Origin: an uncultured Bacillota bacterium | GTDB lineage: Bacteria; Bacillota_I; Bacilli_A; RF39; UBA660 | Length of the DNA stretch: 64,000 nt | Assembly (NCBI GenBank): GCA_946611635.1 | Contig: CAMODW010000001.1 | Location: 10,829-74,828, forward strand | Direction: 5' to 3' | The notes under the pieces: model-generated | Told to the model about the DNA's origin: nothing | Database searches by the model: none | What the model saw: only the letters and a program-made list of their open reading frames with translations | Made by a program: the position numbers and the translations under genes | Shown here: piece by piece, positions 46,117 through 53,848 of the stretch | Layout of the letters: each line of letters starts with the position of its first letter | How positions within the stretch are numbered: the stretch's first letter is position 1

Positions 46117-47802
46117 ATGAAGGGATTTTCTGCTTTTAGATTGTTTTATGATAATTTTTTATATAGAAATAATGTCATGATTGAATATGATAAGATTAAT
46201 AAATATATAAATAAAATTATAGAAATACTTAAAGAAGTAACTAATCTTTATCATGATGATATCGAAATGTACAAAAGTAATTTAACTGTTTACCAGAGTA
46301 AAATAAAAAAAGAATTAGATAAAATTATGGAGGTTTATCCATATTTTTTTGAAAAGTATTTTGAATTGTATTCTAGATATGTAGAGAATAATAACTCTAT
46401 TAAGGAAATGCCTTTTGTGTTATCTTGTTCTTTTTTTAATGATTATGAATTTAATAAAGTGGCTCCTGATTATGTTCAAAGATTTAGTTCTTTGGATAAA
46501 AAAAGATTGAGAGATAGAGCAAAAAAAATGTCATTTGTAGAGTATTACAAGGAGATCTTGAAAGACTTTGATAGTACATATTATGATAAATTGATAGATT
46601 TACTGGATGCTTTTATTAATATTGATGTTAATATAATAATATCTTTTGATGATAATTTAGATAAATATATAAAAACTATTAAAAGAATAGTTTCTACTAA
46701 TAGAAGAATATTAGAAAAAGCTAAATTGAGTAGTGATTATAATCTTATTAAAGAGAAAATGGAGTTAATATATAAGGGATGTTTTGATGACTTTGATTCC
46801 ACTTTGGAATCAAAATTAAATAGTTATTTATTATTCTTATATGAAAATAAAAAGAAAAATGTTTCGGATTTTTATGATACTATTGTTACTAATGATTTGA
46901 GTTACGGTATTTTTAAAGATTTTGTTTCTAAAGAAAAGAAATATAAGGAAAAATATGATAAGATTTTTGCTAAGCGTCAAATAATAAATCCTAATAAAGT
47001 TGATATTGCGCCTTCTATTCGTCAAAGGTTAATTAAGTTATACTATGATGGGAGATTTAATTTTGAAGAATCAAAAGATATTAAGAAGAATATTGAAATT
47101 ATTAATGGTTTAAAGTCTCTTGCAGATAATATAGAGCAGTTAATATGGGAACAATTATTATTTAATGCCTCTCATTCATTATATTTAAAAAGAAATAATA
47201 CAGTAAGGTATGCTATTATTAATTTTTTATATTCTTTATATAATCCTTTAGAAATACTTGATAGATATGAGAAACTAAGAAAAGAAATTACACTTTATTT
47301 AAAAAATAATCCGAGTATTAATTCGCAATTAGACTTTAATTTGCTTGATAACAAAAAGATTGTTAGTAAGAAAGATATTCTTGCAAATGTACATAAAGAG
47401 AGAATTATATTTATTAATGAGCAGATTGAAAGTAATTTAGTTTCTAAAAGTTTGGAATATGATACTAGGGATTATGATTTATTTTATATTGCTGAAGATT
47501 TATCTACTCAAGAATTAGTTGATATATTTAATAAGAATTCTAAAAATAATAGATTAAATACTAGGGATTTACTTGAATATGTATGTCAATGTATATTAAA
47601 GGTAACCAATCCTTCTTACTCTATTTTAAATCCTGATTATGAAATGATTAGTGATGTAGCTAGGACTTATTTCAATTTAGAATATGAAATAGAGTTAGAT
47701 GCTGATATTTATTTAAAAAGTCGTGATATGTTTAATATATCTTATGAATCATTTCTAAATAATAGTGCATTTTACAAGTTAAAAAAGGAGTATAAGTTAT
47801 GA
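46117..47802 (+). CDS. Hypothetical 561-aa cytoplasmic protein (probably all-helical)
   Basis: AAGGTG SD. No TM segment or catalytic motif recognised. K/E/N/Y-rich. Confidence 0.55.
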   Translation: MKGFSAFRLFYDNFLYRNNVMIEYDKINKYINKIIEILKEVTNLYHDDIEMYKSNLTVYQSKIKKELDKIMEVYPYFFEKYFELYSRYVENNNSIKEMPFVLSCSFFNDYEFNKVAPDYVQRFSSLDKKRLRDRAKKMSFVEYYKEILKDFDSTYYDKLIDLLDAFINIDVNIIISFDDNLDKYIKTIKRIVSTNRRILEKAKLSSDYNLIKEKMELIYKGCFDDFDSTLESKLNSYLLFLYENKKKNVSDFYDTIVTNDLSYGIFKDFVSKEKKYKEKYDKIFAKRQIINPNKVDIAPSIRQRLIKLYYDGRFNFEESKDIKKNIEIINGLKSLADNIEQLIWEQLLFNASHSLYLKRNNTVRYAIINFLYSLYNPLEILDRYEKLRKEITLYLKNNPSINSQLDFNLLDNKKIVSKKDILANVHKERIIFINEQIESNLVSKSLEYDTRDYDLFYIAEDLSTQELVDIFNKNSKNNRLNTRDLLEYVCQCILKVTNPSYSILNPDYEMISDVARTYFNLEYEIELDADIYLKSRDMFNISYESFLNNSAFYKLKKEYKL

Positions 47803-48050
47803 TAGAACAATTAAGATATAGATATAATAACTTAGATACTTTTTCTAAGAGAGAAATAATTCTAAATGAAGTATTAGATACTTGTTTGGTTATTGAAAAA
47901 ATTTGTAAAAAGAAGAAGATTGATATTAATACACTTAGTAGTTCAGAAGTCATAAAGAATAAGAATAAACTTAGTGAAAAGGATTTTATGGATTTATTAT
48001 TTTTATATATTTTTTATTTAAAAGAAGATTTAGGTTTATTACTCAAATAA
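47799..48050 (+). CDS. Hypothetical 83-aa protein
   Basis: ATGA overlap with the 561-aa gene. AAGGAG SD. Confidence 0.5.
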   Translation: MIEQLRYRYNNLDTFSKREIILNEVLDTCLVIEKICKKKKIDINTLSSSEVIKNKNKLSEKDFMDLLFLYIFYLKEDLGLLLK

Positions 48051-48051
48051 A

Positions 48052-48062
48052 TGTGTTATAAT
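48052..48062 (+). promoter_or_regulatory. Extended -10 element TGTGTTATAAT
   Basis: Begins 2 nt after the 48050 stop and lies 33 nt upstream of ATG 48095. Confidence 0.45.
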
Positions 48063-48094
48063 ATAACTTAATTTATTTGAGGAGTGTTCGTTTT

Positions 48095-48850
48095 ATGGAA
48101 GAACTAGAAAAGATTATCGAAAAAATAAAAAGATTAGCATCTGGCGGTAATGATACTGATATGGTTTGTTTTATTGTTGCTTTTGATTTATTGTATTTTT
48201 TAAATGATACTGATAATAGAAATAAATTCGTTTATAATTATTATAAAAATGATAATAGTATGTTTTCTTCTAATTTAAAGAAAATTTGTTTTTATGCAGA
48301 ATCTATTTTGTTAGAAGATGATACTTATCTTAAAATGTTAAAGAATATTGAAATGGAAGTTCATAGAGATCAATTGGTTAGTATGTATAATTATTTTGAT
48401 GTTATTGATAGAATAGAGAAAGGAAATAATTCTACTAAGCATTTAATATCGGATGGTTTTAAAATAAGATTGTTAAAAGATCAATTTTCTTCCTCATCTA
48501 AAGATTATGCTAAATTATCTAGTAGAGTATCTGAACTTAAGAATAGATATGATAGAAACATAATTGATATTATTACTATTATTGCTATTTTTATAGCTAT
48601 AGTGATAGGAATGGTATCTGGTGTTAGTTTTAGTTTAGAAGCTTTTAAATCTATTGCAAGTAATGATTTATATGATGTATGTTTAGTAGCTTCTGTTGTT
48701 GGTATTTTTGTATATAATGTATTCTTTGTTTTATTAAAGTATATAAGTAAACTTGCTGGTAAAGATATTGATAAATATGGTAATTTAATATTTGTTAATA
48801 TAATATTTATAGCAATGATTGTATTTTTTGTAGTATTAGGGGTAAGTTAA
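48095..48850 (+). CDS. Membrane protein: ~165-aa cytoplasmic N-domain plus three C-terminal TM helices
   Basis: GAGGAG SD 10 nt upstream. TM segments IIDIITIIAIFIAIVIGMV, VCLVASVVGIFVYNVFFVLL and LIFVNIIFIAMIVFFVVLG. Confidence 0.55.
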   Translation: MEELEKIIEKIKRLASGGNDTDMVCFIVAFDLLYFLNDTDNRNKFVYNYYKNDNSMFSSNLKKICFYAESILLEDDTYLKMLKNIEMEVHRDQLVSMYNYFDVIDRIEKGNNSTKHLISDGFKIRLLKDQFSSSSKDYAKLSSRVSELKNRYDRNIIDIITIIAIFIAIVIGMVSGVSFSLEAFKSIASNDLYDVCLVASVVGIFVYNVFFVLLKYISKLAGKDIDKYGNLIFVNIIFIAMIVFFVVLGVS

Positions 48851-48870
48851 TATTATTTATCCCTTTTTTT
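48838..48870 (+). terminator. Rho-independent terminator closing the hypothetical-gene block
   Basis: aggggtaa / ttatccct (one G.U pair), 11-nt loop, T6 run. Confidence 0.55.
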
Positions 48871-48881
48871 AAAGAAATACC

Positions 48882-48910
48882 TTGCATGTTTTGAAAAGAT
48901 GTGGTATTAT
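48882..48910 (+). promoter_or_regulatory. Sigma-A promoter for the tRNA pair
   Basis: TTGCAT (48882-48887), 17-nt spacer, TATTAT (48905-48910) preceded by TGTGg. About 13 nt to the tRNA 5' end. Confidence 0.6.
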
Positions 48911-48922
48911 TAAAAAGTCGAT

Positions 48923-48999
48923 GGACCTCTAGCTCAGTTGGTTAGAGCATCCGGCTCATAACCGGGCGGTCATAGGTTCGAGTCCTATGAGGTCCACCA
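48923..48999 (+). tRNA. tRNA with CAU anticodon (elongator Met or lysidine-modified Ile2; not the initiator)
   Basis: Cloverleaf: acceptor ggacctc/gaggtcc, anticodon loop cuCAUaa, T-arm ataggTTCGAGTcctat, encoded CCA. The G1-C72 pair argues against the initiator. The sequence resembles the Bacillus tRNA-Ile2 as I recall it. Confidence 0.85.
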
Positions 49000-49004
49000 C
49001 GTAT

Positions 49005-49089
49005 GCGAGTGTGGCGAAATTGGTAGACGCGCTAGACTTAGGATCTAGTTCCTAACGGAGTGGGGGTTCAAGTCCCTTCACTCGCACCA
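49005..49089 (+). tRNA. tRNA-Leu (UAG)
   Basis: Class II tRNA: acceptor gcgagtg/cactcgc, anticodon stem ctaga/tctag with loop cuUAGga, long variable arm, encoded CCA. Confidence 0.9.
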
Positions 49090-49129
49090 TTGAAGATATT
49101 TTTTGAACAATAGTTCAATTAACTAATAA

Positions 49130-49157
49130 AATCAATTCTTTTTAGAATTGATTTTTT
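49130..49157 (+). terminator. Rho-independent terminator after the tRNA pair
   Basis: aatcaattc / gaattgatt, 6-nt loop, T run. Confidence 0.7.
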
Positions 49158-49454
49158 GTTTTGCTAAATTTTGTTTTAGTATTTAGTTATGTTGAGGGGA
49201 AGTATTATATTGGAACAAAATGGGATATTTGCGGCTGGTATTGAAAATGAACTTAGAGCTTTTTTACTTGAAACAGAGTGGAAGCGTAGAATATCATATG
49301 TTAACAGTTATACTCAAAAGGAAAATGTGTATTCCTTTTATTTGAATTATTTACTTTTTTATATTTAGAATCTAATAATATGATAGGATTGTTTAAAGTT
49401 TTAATATATGATATTATTTATTAGACTGATTATAATAAGAGTAAGGTGATGAAT

Positions 49455-49691
49455 ATGTTGATTTATGATATTTTTGGGTGGATAGGGATGATATTAGTTT
49501 TACTTGCTTATTTATTGTTATCGACAGGCAAGATTAGTAATGGAGTTTTATATCAATTGTTAAACCTTTTTGCTGGGGTTTTTATGGCAATAGGTTTATT
49601 TCCTAAAAACGCTTGGTTTTCTTTTACTTTGCAAGTTTTTTGGGCTTTAATAGCAATAATATCGTTAATAAAAATAAAGAAAAAAGATTAA
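49455..49691 (+). CDS. Small 3-TM membrane protein (~78 aa)
   Basis: The GTG at 49446 lies inside GGTGAT, so the start is set to ATG 49455. Three hydrophobic segments. It resembles small CBU_0592-like or PQ-loop-like membrane proteins, but only loosely. Confidence 0.5.
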   Translation: MLIYDIFGWIGMILVLLAYLLLSTGKISNGVLYQLLNLFAGVFMAIGLFPKNAWFSFTLQVFWALIAIISLIKIKKKD

Positions 49692-49775
49692 TTTTTTAAT
49701 TATTTTATCTAATTGATATATTAATTTAAATATGTTATTATTTTTTTGTGATATTGATATTATAGAGGTGTTTTT

Positions 49776-50351
49776 ATGAAAAAATTAAAATGTGAATCTT
49801 GTGGGGGAGATGTAGAAATTGATGAAAATAAAGAATTTGCTACATGTCCTTTTTGTAAAACTAAGTATCAATTAAACGAAACGAAAAATGTTTATATTAG
49901 GATGGATGAAGATTTAAAGAAAGCTACTTTAGATGTTTTTAATAATACTAAAAAAATAGGGAAAGGAATGGAAATTTTCTTCGGAGTAATATTTGTTGTT
50001 GTTCTTTCAATTATTGTTTTTGGTTTTATAAATGTTCGTTCTTCTTCTAAACAGTTTGATATTAATAGATATAATAGTACTTTTGAATTTTACAAAGGTA
50101 CTAATCCTAAGGCATCTATTAGTCCTTTGTTAGATGAAGTTGCTCAAAATAATAAGAAGAATGATCGAAAAATTACGGTTATTTTTAATGATATAAATAC
50201 GACAAATAGTGATGAGATTGCTTCGCTTAAACAAGATTTGAAAGAATTTCCTTATGAATATGAAATTAAAATTGATTATGATGACAAAGGCTATGTTAAT
50301 AAAGTTACTATAGTCGATTTTAAAGATGATAGTAATAAAGGAGAAAAATAA
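49776..50351 (+). CDS. Bitopic zinc-ribbon membrane protein (third of this architecture in the window)
   Basis: MKKLKCESCGGDVEIDENKEFATCPFCKTKY, TM helix IFFGVIFVVVLSIIVFGFI and a ~110-aa ectodomain. Confidence 0.6.
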   Translation: MKKLKCESCGGDVEIDENKEFATCPFCKTKYQLNETKNVYIRMDEDLKKATLDVFNNTKKIGKGMEIFFGVIFVVVLSIIVFGFINVRSSSKQFDINRYNSTFEFYKGTNPKASISPLLDEVAQNNKKNDRKITVIFNDINTTNSDEIASLKQDLKEFPYEYEIKIDYDDKGYVNKVTIVDFKDDSNKGEK

Positions 50352-50368
50352 TATTTTCTTCTTTTTTT
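50343..50368 (+). terminator. Weak hairpin terminator
   Basis: 5-bp stem gaaaa / ttttc, then ttcttttttt. Confidence 0.35.
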
Positions 50369-50378
50369 GTGCTATAAT
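50368..50378 (+). promoter_or_regulatory. Extended -10 element TGTGCTATAAT
   Basis: Lies 25 nt upstream of ATG 50403. It is translated as the spurious 'MCYN' start of track ORF 50367. Confidence 0.45.
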
Positions 50379-50402
50379 TATTATAGTGTAGGGGAGATGT
50401 TA

Positions 50403-51428
50403 ATGATTATTAGTATTGTATTATTAATGATACTTATTTATATAAATGGTATTTTTTCTTCTTGCGAATTAGCATTTTTATCCTTAAATAAAATAAAACT
50501 TAAAGAAGATGTAGATAAAGGAGATACTAAGGCGATAGCTATAAATAGAATAATTGAACAACCATCTTTATTCCTATCTACTATTCAAATTGGCATCACA
50601 TTAGCAGGTTTTTTGGCATCAGCGTTTGCTTCTGAGTATTTTGCTAATTATTTTATAACTTTTTTTGTTGGTAGTAAAATATCTATAAGGTTTATTAAAA
50701 CTATTTTAGTAATTGTTATAACGATTGTTTTATCCTATTTTACTTTGATTTTTGGAGAATTAGTTCCTAAAAGAGTAGCTATTAATGACCCTTATAGATT
50801 AGCAAAGAAATATATATTCTTTATTAAGGCGATTCAAATTATGTTTTATCCATTAATTATATTTTTATCTTTCTCTACAGAAATAATATGTAAAACATTT
50901 AAGATTAAGGAAAACAAAGATAGAATTACCGAAGAAGATATTAAAACAATGATTTTATTAGGTCAAGAAGAAGGGATAATAGAAGAAAAAGAAAAAGAGT
51001 ATATACTTAATGTTTTTAATTTTAAAGATATTGAAGTTCAACAAGTAATGACTCCTAGAAACAAAGTTATTATGATTAATGTAGCCGATGATTTGAAAAG
51101 TATTATTTCTAAAATTAAAGAAGAAAAGTTTTCTCGATTCCCGGTATATAAAGATAATGAGAATAATATAATTGGTACAATAAGTATAAAAGATCTTATT
51201 ATTAAAAAGGGTGAAAAAAATAGAATTAATATTAGAAAAATTGTTAGACCAACTCATCGTTTTAATCATACTGATAAAATTGATGATGTCTTTAGAGAAA
51301 TGCAAGAGAGAAATGAAAGTATTTGTCCTATATATAATAATGGTCGTTTTGTAGGGATTGTTACTATAGAAGATGCTGTTGAAGAAATAGTTGGAAATAT
51401 CTATGATGAATTTGATGATAGAAAGTAG
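50403..51428 (+). CDS. CNNM/DUF21 plus CBS-pair membrane protein (TlyC/CorC-like) lacking the CorC_HlyC C-domain
   Basis: Four N-terminal TM helices (FSSCELAFLSLN, GELVPKR) followed by two CBS motifs. It ends right after the second CBS. Confidence 0.75.
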   Translation: MIISIVLLMILIYINGIFSSCELAFLSLNKIKLKEDVDKGDTKAIAINRIIEQPSLFLSTIQIGITLAGFLASAFASEYFANYFITFFVGSKISIRFIKTILVIVITIVLSYFTLIFGELVPKRVAINDPYRLAKKYIFFIKAIQIMFYPLIIFLSFSTEIICKTFKIKENKDRITEEDIKTMILLGQEEGIIEEKEKEYILNVFNFKDIEVQQVMTPRNKVIMINVADDLKSIISKIKEEKFSRFPVYKDNENNIIGTISIKDLIIKKGEKNRINIRKIVRPTHRFNHTDKIDDVFREMQERNESICPIYNNGRFVGIVTIEDAVEEIVGNIYDEFDDRK

Positions 51429-51460
51429 TATTATAATAGTTATAATAAAGAGGTGTTATT

Positions 51461-52000
51461 ATGGAAAGTAAAATAGATAATAAAAATGTAGTAAATAAGA
51501 AAGAATTAGTAAAGAAATTATTAAAACAAGAAATTAGTGCTGAAGATGAATCGGAACTATTAGAAATGCTTATTGATAGGCCGATTACTATTGATGTTGA
51601 TAAACAAGAAGATAGTTCTTTGACAACTGGAGAAAAACTTGCTGATAAGCTATCAGAGATTGCTGGATCTTGGGGGTTTATAATAGGATTTTCAGCTTTT
51701 ATTATAATTTGGATAATTATAAATACAGCAATTTTAAATAAAGCTAGTGATCCTTATCCTTTTGTTTTGCTTAATTTGGTTTTATCTTGTTTAGCGTCTT
51801 TACAGGCTCCAATTATTATGATGAGTCAAAATAGACAAGCAAAGAAAGATAGTATTAGAAATCAAAATGATTATCAGATAGATTTAAAAAGTGAATTAAT
51901 ACTTGAAAGATTACATGAAGAAATTCAAGAAAGTTTAAGAAACGAAAGACAAATAATAAGATTATTAAAACAAATGATGGAGGAAGAAGATAATAAGTAA
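51461..52000 (+). CDS. DUF1003 family membrane protein
   Basis: PFVLLNLVLSCLASLQAPIIMMSQNRQAKKDSIRNQNDYQIDLKSELILE is the family signature. Confidence 0.75.
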   Translation: MESKIDNKNVVNKKELVKKLLKQEISAEDESELLEMLIDRPITIDVDKQEDSSLTTGEKLADKLSEIAGSWGFIIGFSAFIIIWIIINTAILNKASDPYPFVLLNLVLSCLASLQAPIIMMSQNRQAKKDSIRNQNDYQIDLKSELILERLHEEIQESLRNERQIIRLLKQMMEEEDNK

Positions 52001-52100
52001 GAATGATTAATTATATAGTATTTTGTATATATAATTAAAATATTATTTTATTATTTTTGGTTTTATTGTATAATTAATTTTAGAATAGGTGGTTAGTGTG

Positions 52101-52922
52101 ATGGATGAACAATTATTAACTAATTTAAGAATGATATATAAACCGATAGTTACTTATTATGGGGAATGGTCTTTAGAATCTGATATTTCAGAGATTGCTA
52201 TTATAAAAAAAGGTAAAAACTTATATAAAGAGTTTTTAGAGAGATATTATTATACTCCTCTTAATGTTATTTTTAATAATGATGAAATAGTTTATAATTT
52301 TGAAGTTAGCATTTGTTCTAAATTTGGACCTAAAGGAAGAAGTTTATTCTTCTCTAAAAGATCTTTTTTAAGAAATATAGTTACTAATATTGATGAATTA
52401 ATAGATAATAATGGAGAAGAAGCATATAAAGCTATAAAAAAAGCTATAAGGATTAAAAAGGATATTTATAGAGATGTATATAATAATGGAGAAGAGTCTA
52501 AATACTATAACCAAGTTATGAATGAATTTTTAAAATATTCTAATCAAGATTCTTTTGAGGATTTTGTTAAATTGTGTAAAAAACAATATACAAGATTACT
52601 AAATGGATATAATTCTGTTATGGATTTGTTTGATAAACCTATTAATATTGATAAATTTATAGGTTGTTTTGATATAAATAAGTTATATTTGTTTACTTGC
52701 TATAAACTAGTAAAGCATAACTATAATTATTATGATAAATATAATAATTTAGATTATACTATTTCATTTGTAGATGAATATAGAAAGATAATAAATGATT
52801 TGCGTCAGAAAGAACCTTTTTACAATTCGGTTATTAATGTAGTTAAGGATAATGAAGTTGTCGTTTATACTATAGACGATTTGTTTAGAGATTTAAGTGA
52901 TCTAGAGATGAGAACTAAATAG
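52101..52922 (+). CDS. Hypothetical cytoplasmic protein
   Basis: 274 codons from ATG 52101. No motif recognised. Lies 29 nt upstream of the ABC ATPase. Confidence 0.5.
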   Translation: MDEQLLTNLRMIYKPIVTYYGEWSLESDISEIAIIKKGKNLYKEFLERYYYTPLNVIFNNDEIVYNFEVSICSKFGPKGRSLFFSKRSFLRNIVTNIDELIDNNGEEAYKAIKKAIRIKKDIYRDVYNNGEESKYYNQVMNEFLKYSNQDSFEDFVKLCKKQYTRLLNGYNSVMDLFDKPINIDKFIGCFDINKLYLFTCYKLVKHNYNYYDKYNNLDYTISFVDEYRKIINDLRQKEPFYNSVINVVKDNEVVVYTIDDLFRDLSDLEMRTK

Positions 52923-52951
52923 CTCATCTTTTTTTGAATAGGTGATTTTTA

Positions 52952-53848
52952 ATGAATACTATTTTAAATGTTGATAAAATTTGTAAAAGATTTGGTAAAA
53001 ACAAAGTTTTAAATAAGGTTTCTTTTAAAATAAAAAAGGGTCAGATATTAGGTTTTATTGGACCTAATGGAGCTGGTAAGACGACTGCTATAAAATTAAT
53101 ATTAGGTTTACAATTAATGGATTCTGGAGAGGTTTATATTAATAATTATAACATTAAAAAGGATTATGAAAATGCTATTGCAAAAGTTGGTGCGATTGTA
53201 GAAAATCCTGATTTATATTTGTTTCTTACTGGAAGACAAAATTTAAGGCTTTTTGGTCGTTATTATGGTAATGTTGATGAAAAATATTTGGATTATTTAT
53301 TAGAAAAAGTCAATCTTATAGAAAGAGCGGATGATAAAGTTTCAAATTATTCTCTTGGTATGAGACAAAGACTTGGTATTGCTGTTTCGTTAATTAATCA
53401 TCCTAATCTTTTGGTTTTAGATGAACCTACTAATGGTTTGGATCCAGAAGGAATAAAAGATTTAAGGGATATTATTATTAAACTTGCTAAAACAGAAAAT
53501 ATTGGTGTTTTGATATCTAGTCATAATCTTGCCGAATTAGATGGCTTCTGTAATAGGATTTGTTTAATAGATAAAGGACAAATAATTAAAGATATTAACT
53601 TGGATACTTTGAAGAATTCTGAAAAACCAGTTTTTTTTATAAAGCTTGATAAACTATCTAAAATAGATAAGTATTTGGTTAAAGGTGATAAAGTATTAGA
53701 AAATGGGATAAGTGTTTCGAGAAGTGATGAAGATATTTCAAAGCTTATTAAAGAATTAGTGTTAGATGGATATAATATTTATGAAGTTAGACGTGAATTA
53801 TTGTCTTTAGAAGAAGCTTATCTAAAGATTATGGGAGGTAATTTATGA
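52952..53848 (+). CDS. ABC transporter ATP-binding protein (ABC-2/bacitracin-export-like subfamily)
   Basis: Walker A GPNGAGKTT, signature YSLGMRQRLG, Walker B LLVLDEPTNGLD and H-loop SSHNL. GGTGAT SD. Confidence 0.9.
   Translation: MNTILNVDKICKRFGKNKVLNKVSFKIKKGQILGFIGPNGAGKTTAIKLILGLQLMDSGEVYINNYNIKKDYENAIAKVGAIVENPDLYLFLTGRQNLRLFGRYYGNVDEKYLDYLLEKVNLIERADDKVSNYSLGMRQRLGIAVSLINHPNLLVLDEPTNGLDPEGIKDLRDIIIKLAKTENIGVLISSHNLAELDGFCNRICLIDKGQIIKDINLDTLKNSEKPVFFIKLDKLSKIDKYLVKGDKVLENGISVSRSDEDISKLIKELVLDGYNIYEVRRELLSLEEAYLKIMGGNL

Noticed and set aside
49189-49368. 59-codon ORF downstream of tRNA-Leu, considered as a bona fide gene.
   Set aside because: It has no Shine-Dalgarno and no promoter box, and a hairpin lies inside its 3' end. 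I kept it only as a possible gene remnant (see findings), not as a feature.
48923-49445. Integrated mobile element or prophage at the tRNA-Met/Ile2-tRNA-Leu locus.
   Set aside because: No integrase, recombinase or transposase ORF is present, I could not spot a direct repeat of the tRNA 3' end downstream, and the flanking genes share the composition of the rest of the window.
29632-51305. Other short minus-strand track ORFs: 29632-29823, 32125-32325, 34542-34766, 40088-40336, 40879-41124, 44945-45274, 46837-47025, 47732-47953 and 50958-51305.
   Set aside because: Each is embedded antisense in a longer + strand gene that has clear motifs or good start signals. They are AT-rich frame artefacts.
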